A stretch of 64,000 nt of DNA from positions 1 through 64,000 of the forward strand of contig JAUFOR010000007.1 in assembly GCA_040285745.1 (NCBI GenBank), given 5' to 3'. A model generated the notes under the pieces. That model worked only from the letters and a program-made list of their open reading frames with translations. It was not told the DNA's origin and made no database searches. The translations under genes and the position numbers were made by a program. The DNA is from Barthelona sp. PCE (taxonomy: Eukaryota). Of the stretch, positions 63,619 to 64,000 are shown one piece after another; position 1 is the first letter of the stretch, and every line of letters begins with the position of its first letter.

Positions 63619-63849
63619 TTAAAGGATTTCAAACTGGTTTGAACCGCTAGCAGCCAATAGATGTACGGCTATGAAGAACCAAATCGTAGCCGACACAAAG
63701 CCCAATGAATTAATGAACTCTTTTATGATTTCTAAGATATCACTTTGTGCATCAGATGCTTTCATCCAACTAACACCATAACAAATAATGCTGATGATGA
63801 TAAACAAAATAGAAAAGACTACGTGACGTGCCCTGCTGCTTTTTGCCAT
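63619..63849 (-). CDS. Small two-TM protein (weak resemblance to OST5/TMEM258)
   Basis: 76 aa with two hydrophobic helices separated by DILEIIKEFINSL. Family call is tentative. Confidence 0.5.
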   Translation of the reverse strand: MAKSSRARHVVFSILFIIISIICYGVSWMKASDAQSDILEIIKEFINSLGFVSATIWFFIAVHLLAASGSNQFEIL

Positions 63850-64000
63850 TTTTGGAAAGGGAATAAAACACAAAAACACTATGTTAGATGATTACAAGTT
63901 TTTAATTCGGCTAATTAGACTAAGTGATGAATGTACACTGTGCAAATATGCAAAAAAACATTGAATTTACTGTTTTCCACATTGAAACCCTAACAACCCT

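Noticed and set aside
63985-64000. AAACCCTAACAACCCT resembles telomeric CCCTAA
   Set aside because: Only about two imperfect units, in the wrong orientation for a right-hand telomere. It resembles the C-rich upstream motifs and may precede a gene outside the window.

Overview
Very compact eukaryotic DNA, probably from a protist, read with the standard genetic code. About 28 protein genes tile both strands. No intron is needed to explain any of them, many intergenic gaps are under 100 bp, and two convergent pairs overlap. Recognisable genes are DBP2/DDX5, RPF1, an ArfGAP, a Rad1-like 9-1-1 clamp subunit, ceramide synthase, a DOCK GEF, DCAF13/SOF1, a membrane-anchored subtilase, a GH30 glucosylceramidase-like enzyme, aspartate aminotransferase, an AAAP/SLC38 transporter, RAD50 and MOB1. 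The most striking feature is an apparently split DEK1-type membrane calpain. A gene with ~23 TM helices and the DEK1 end-of-membrane motif (35156-38545) is followed 137 bp later by a separate soluble CysPc-C2L calpain gene (38683-42384). The two share a similar-looking linker segment. Other highlights are a giant type I receptor/adhesin (beta-helix-like repeats, a FRAS1/FREM2-like juxtamembrane domain, a novel cytoplasmic repeat and NLS-like clusters), a TSET/TTRAY1-like coat protein, three P-loop pseudo-enzymes, a Kelch + coiled-coil + CaaX protein, and a recurrent TTTTACC motif upstream of start codons. No rRNA, tRNA, CRISPR array or mobile element was recognised. Family calls come from visual motif recognition and recalled consensus sequences, not database searches. 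Where the ORF track used a non-ATG or implausibly extended start, the likely ATG is given instead.
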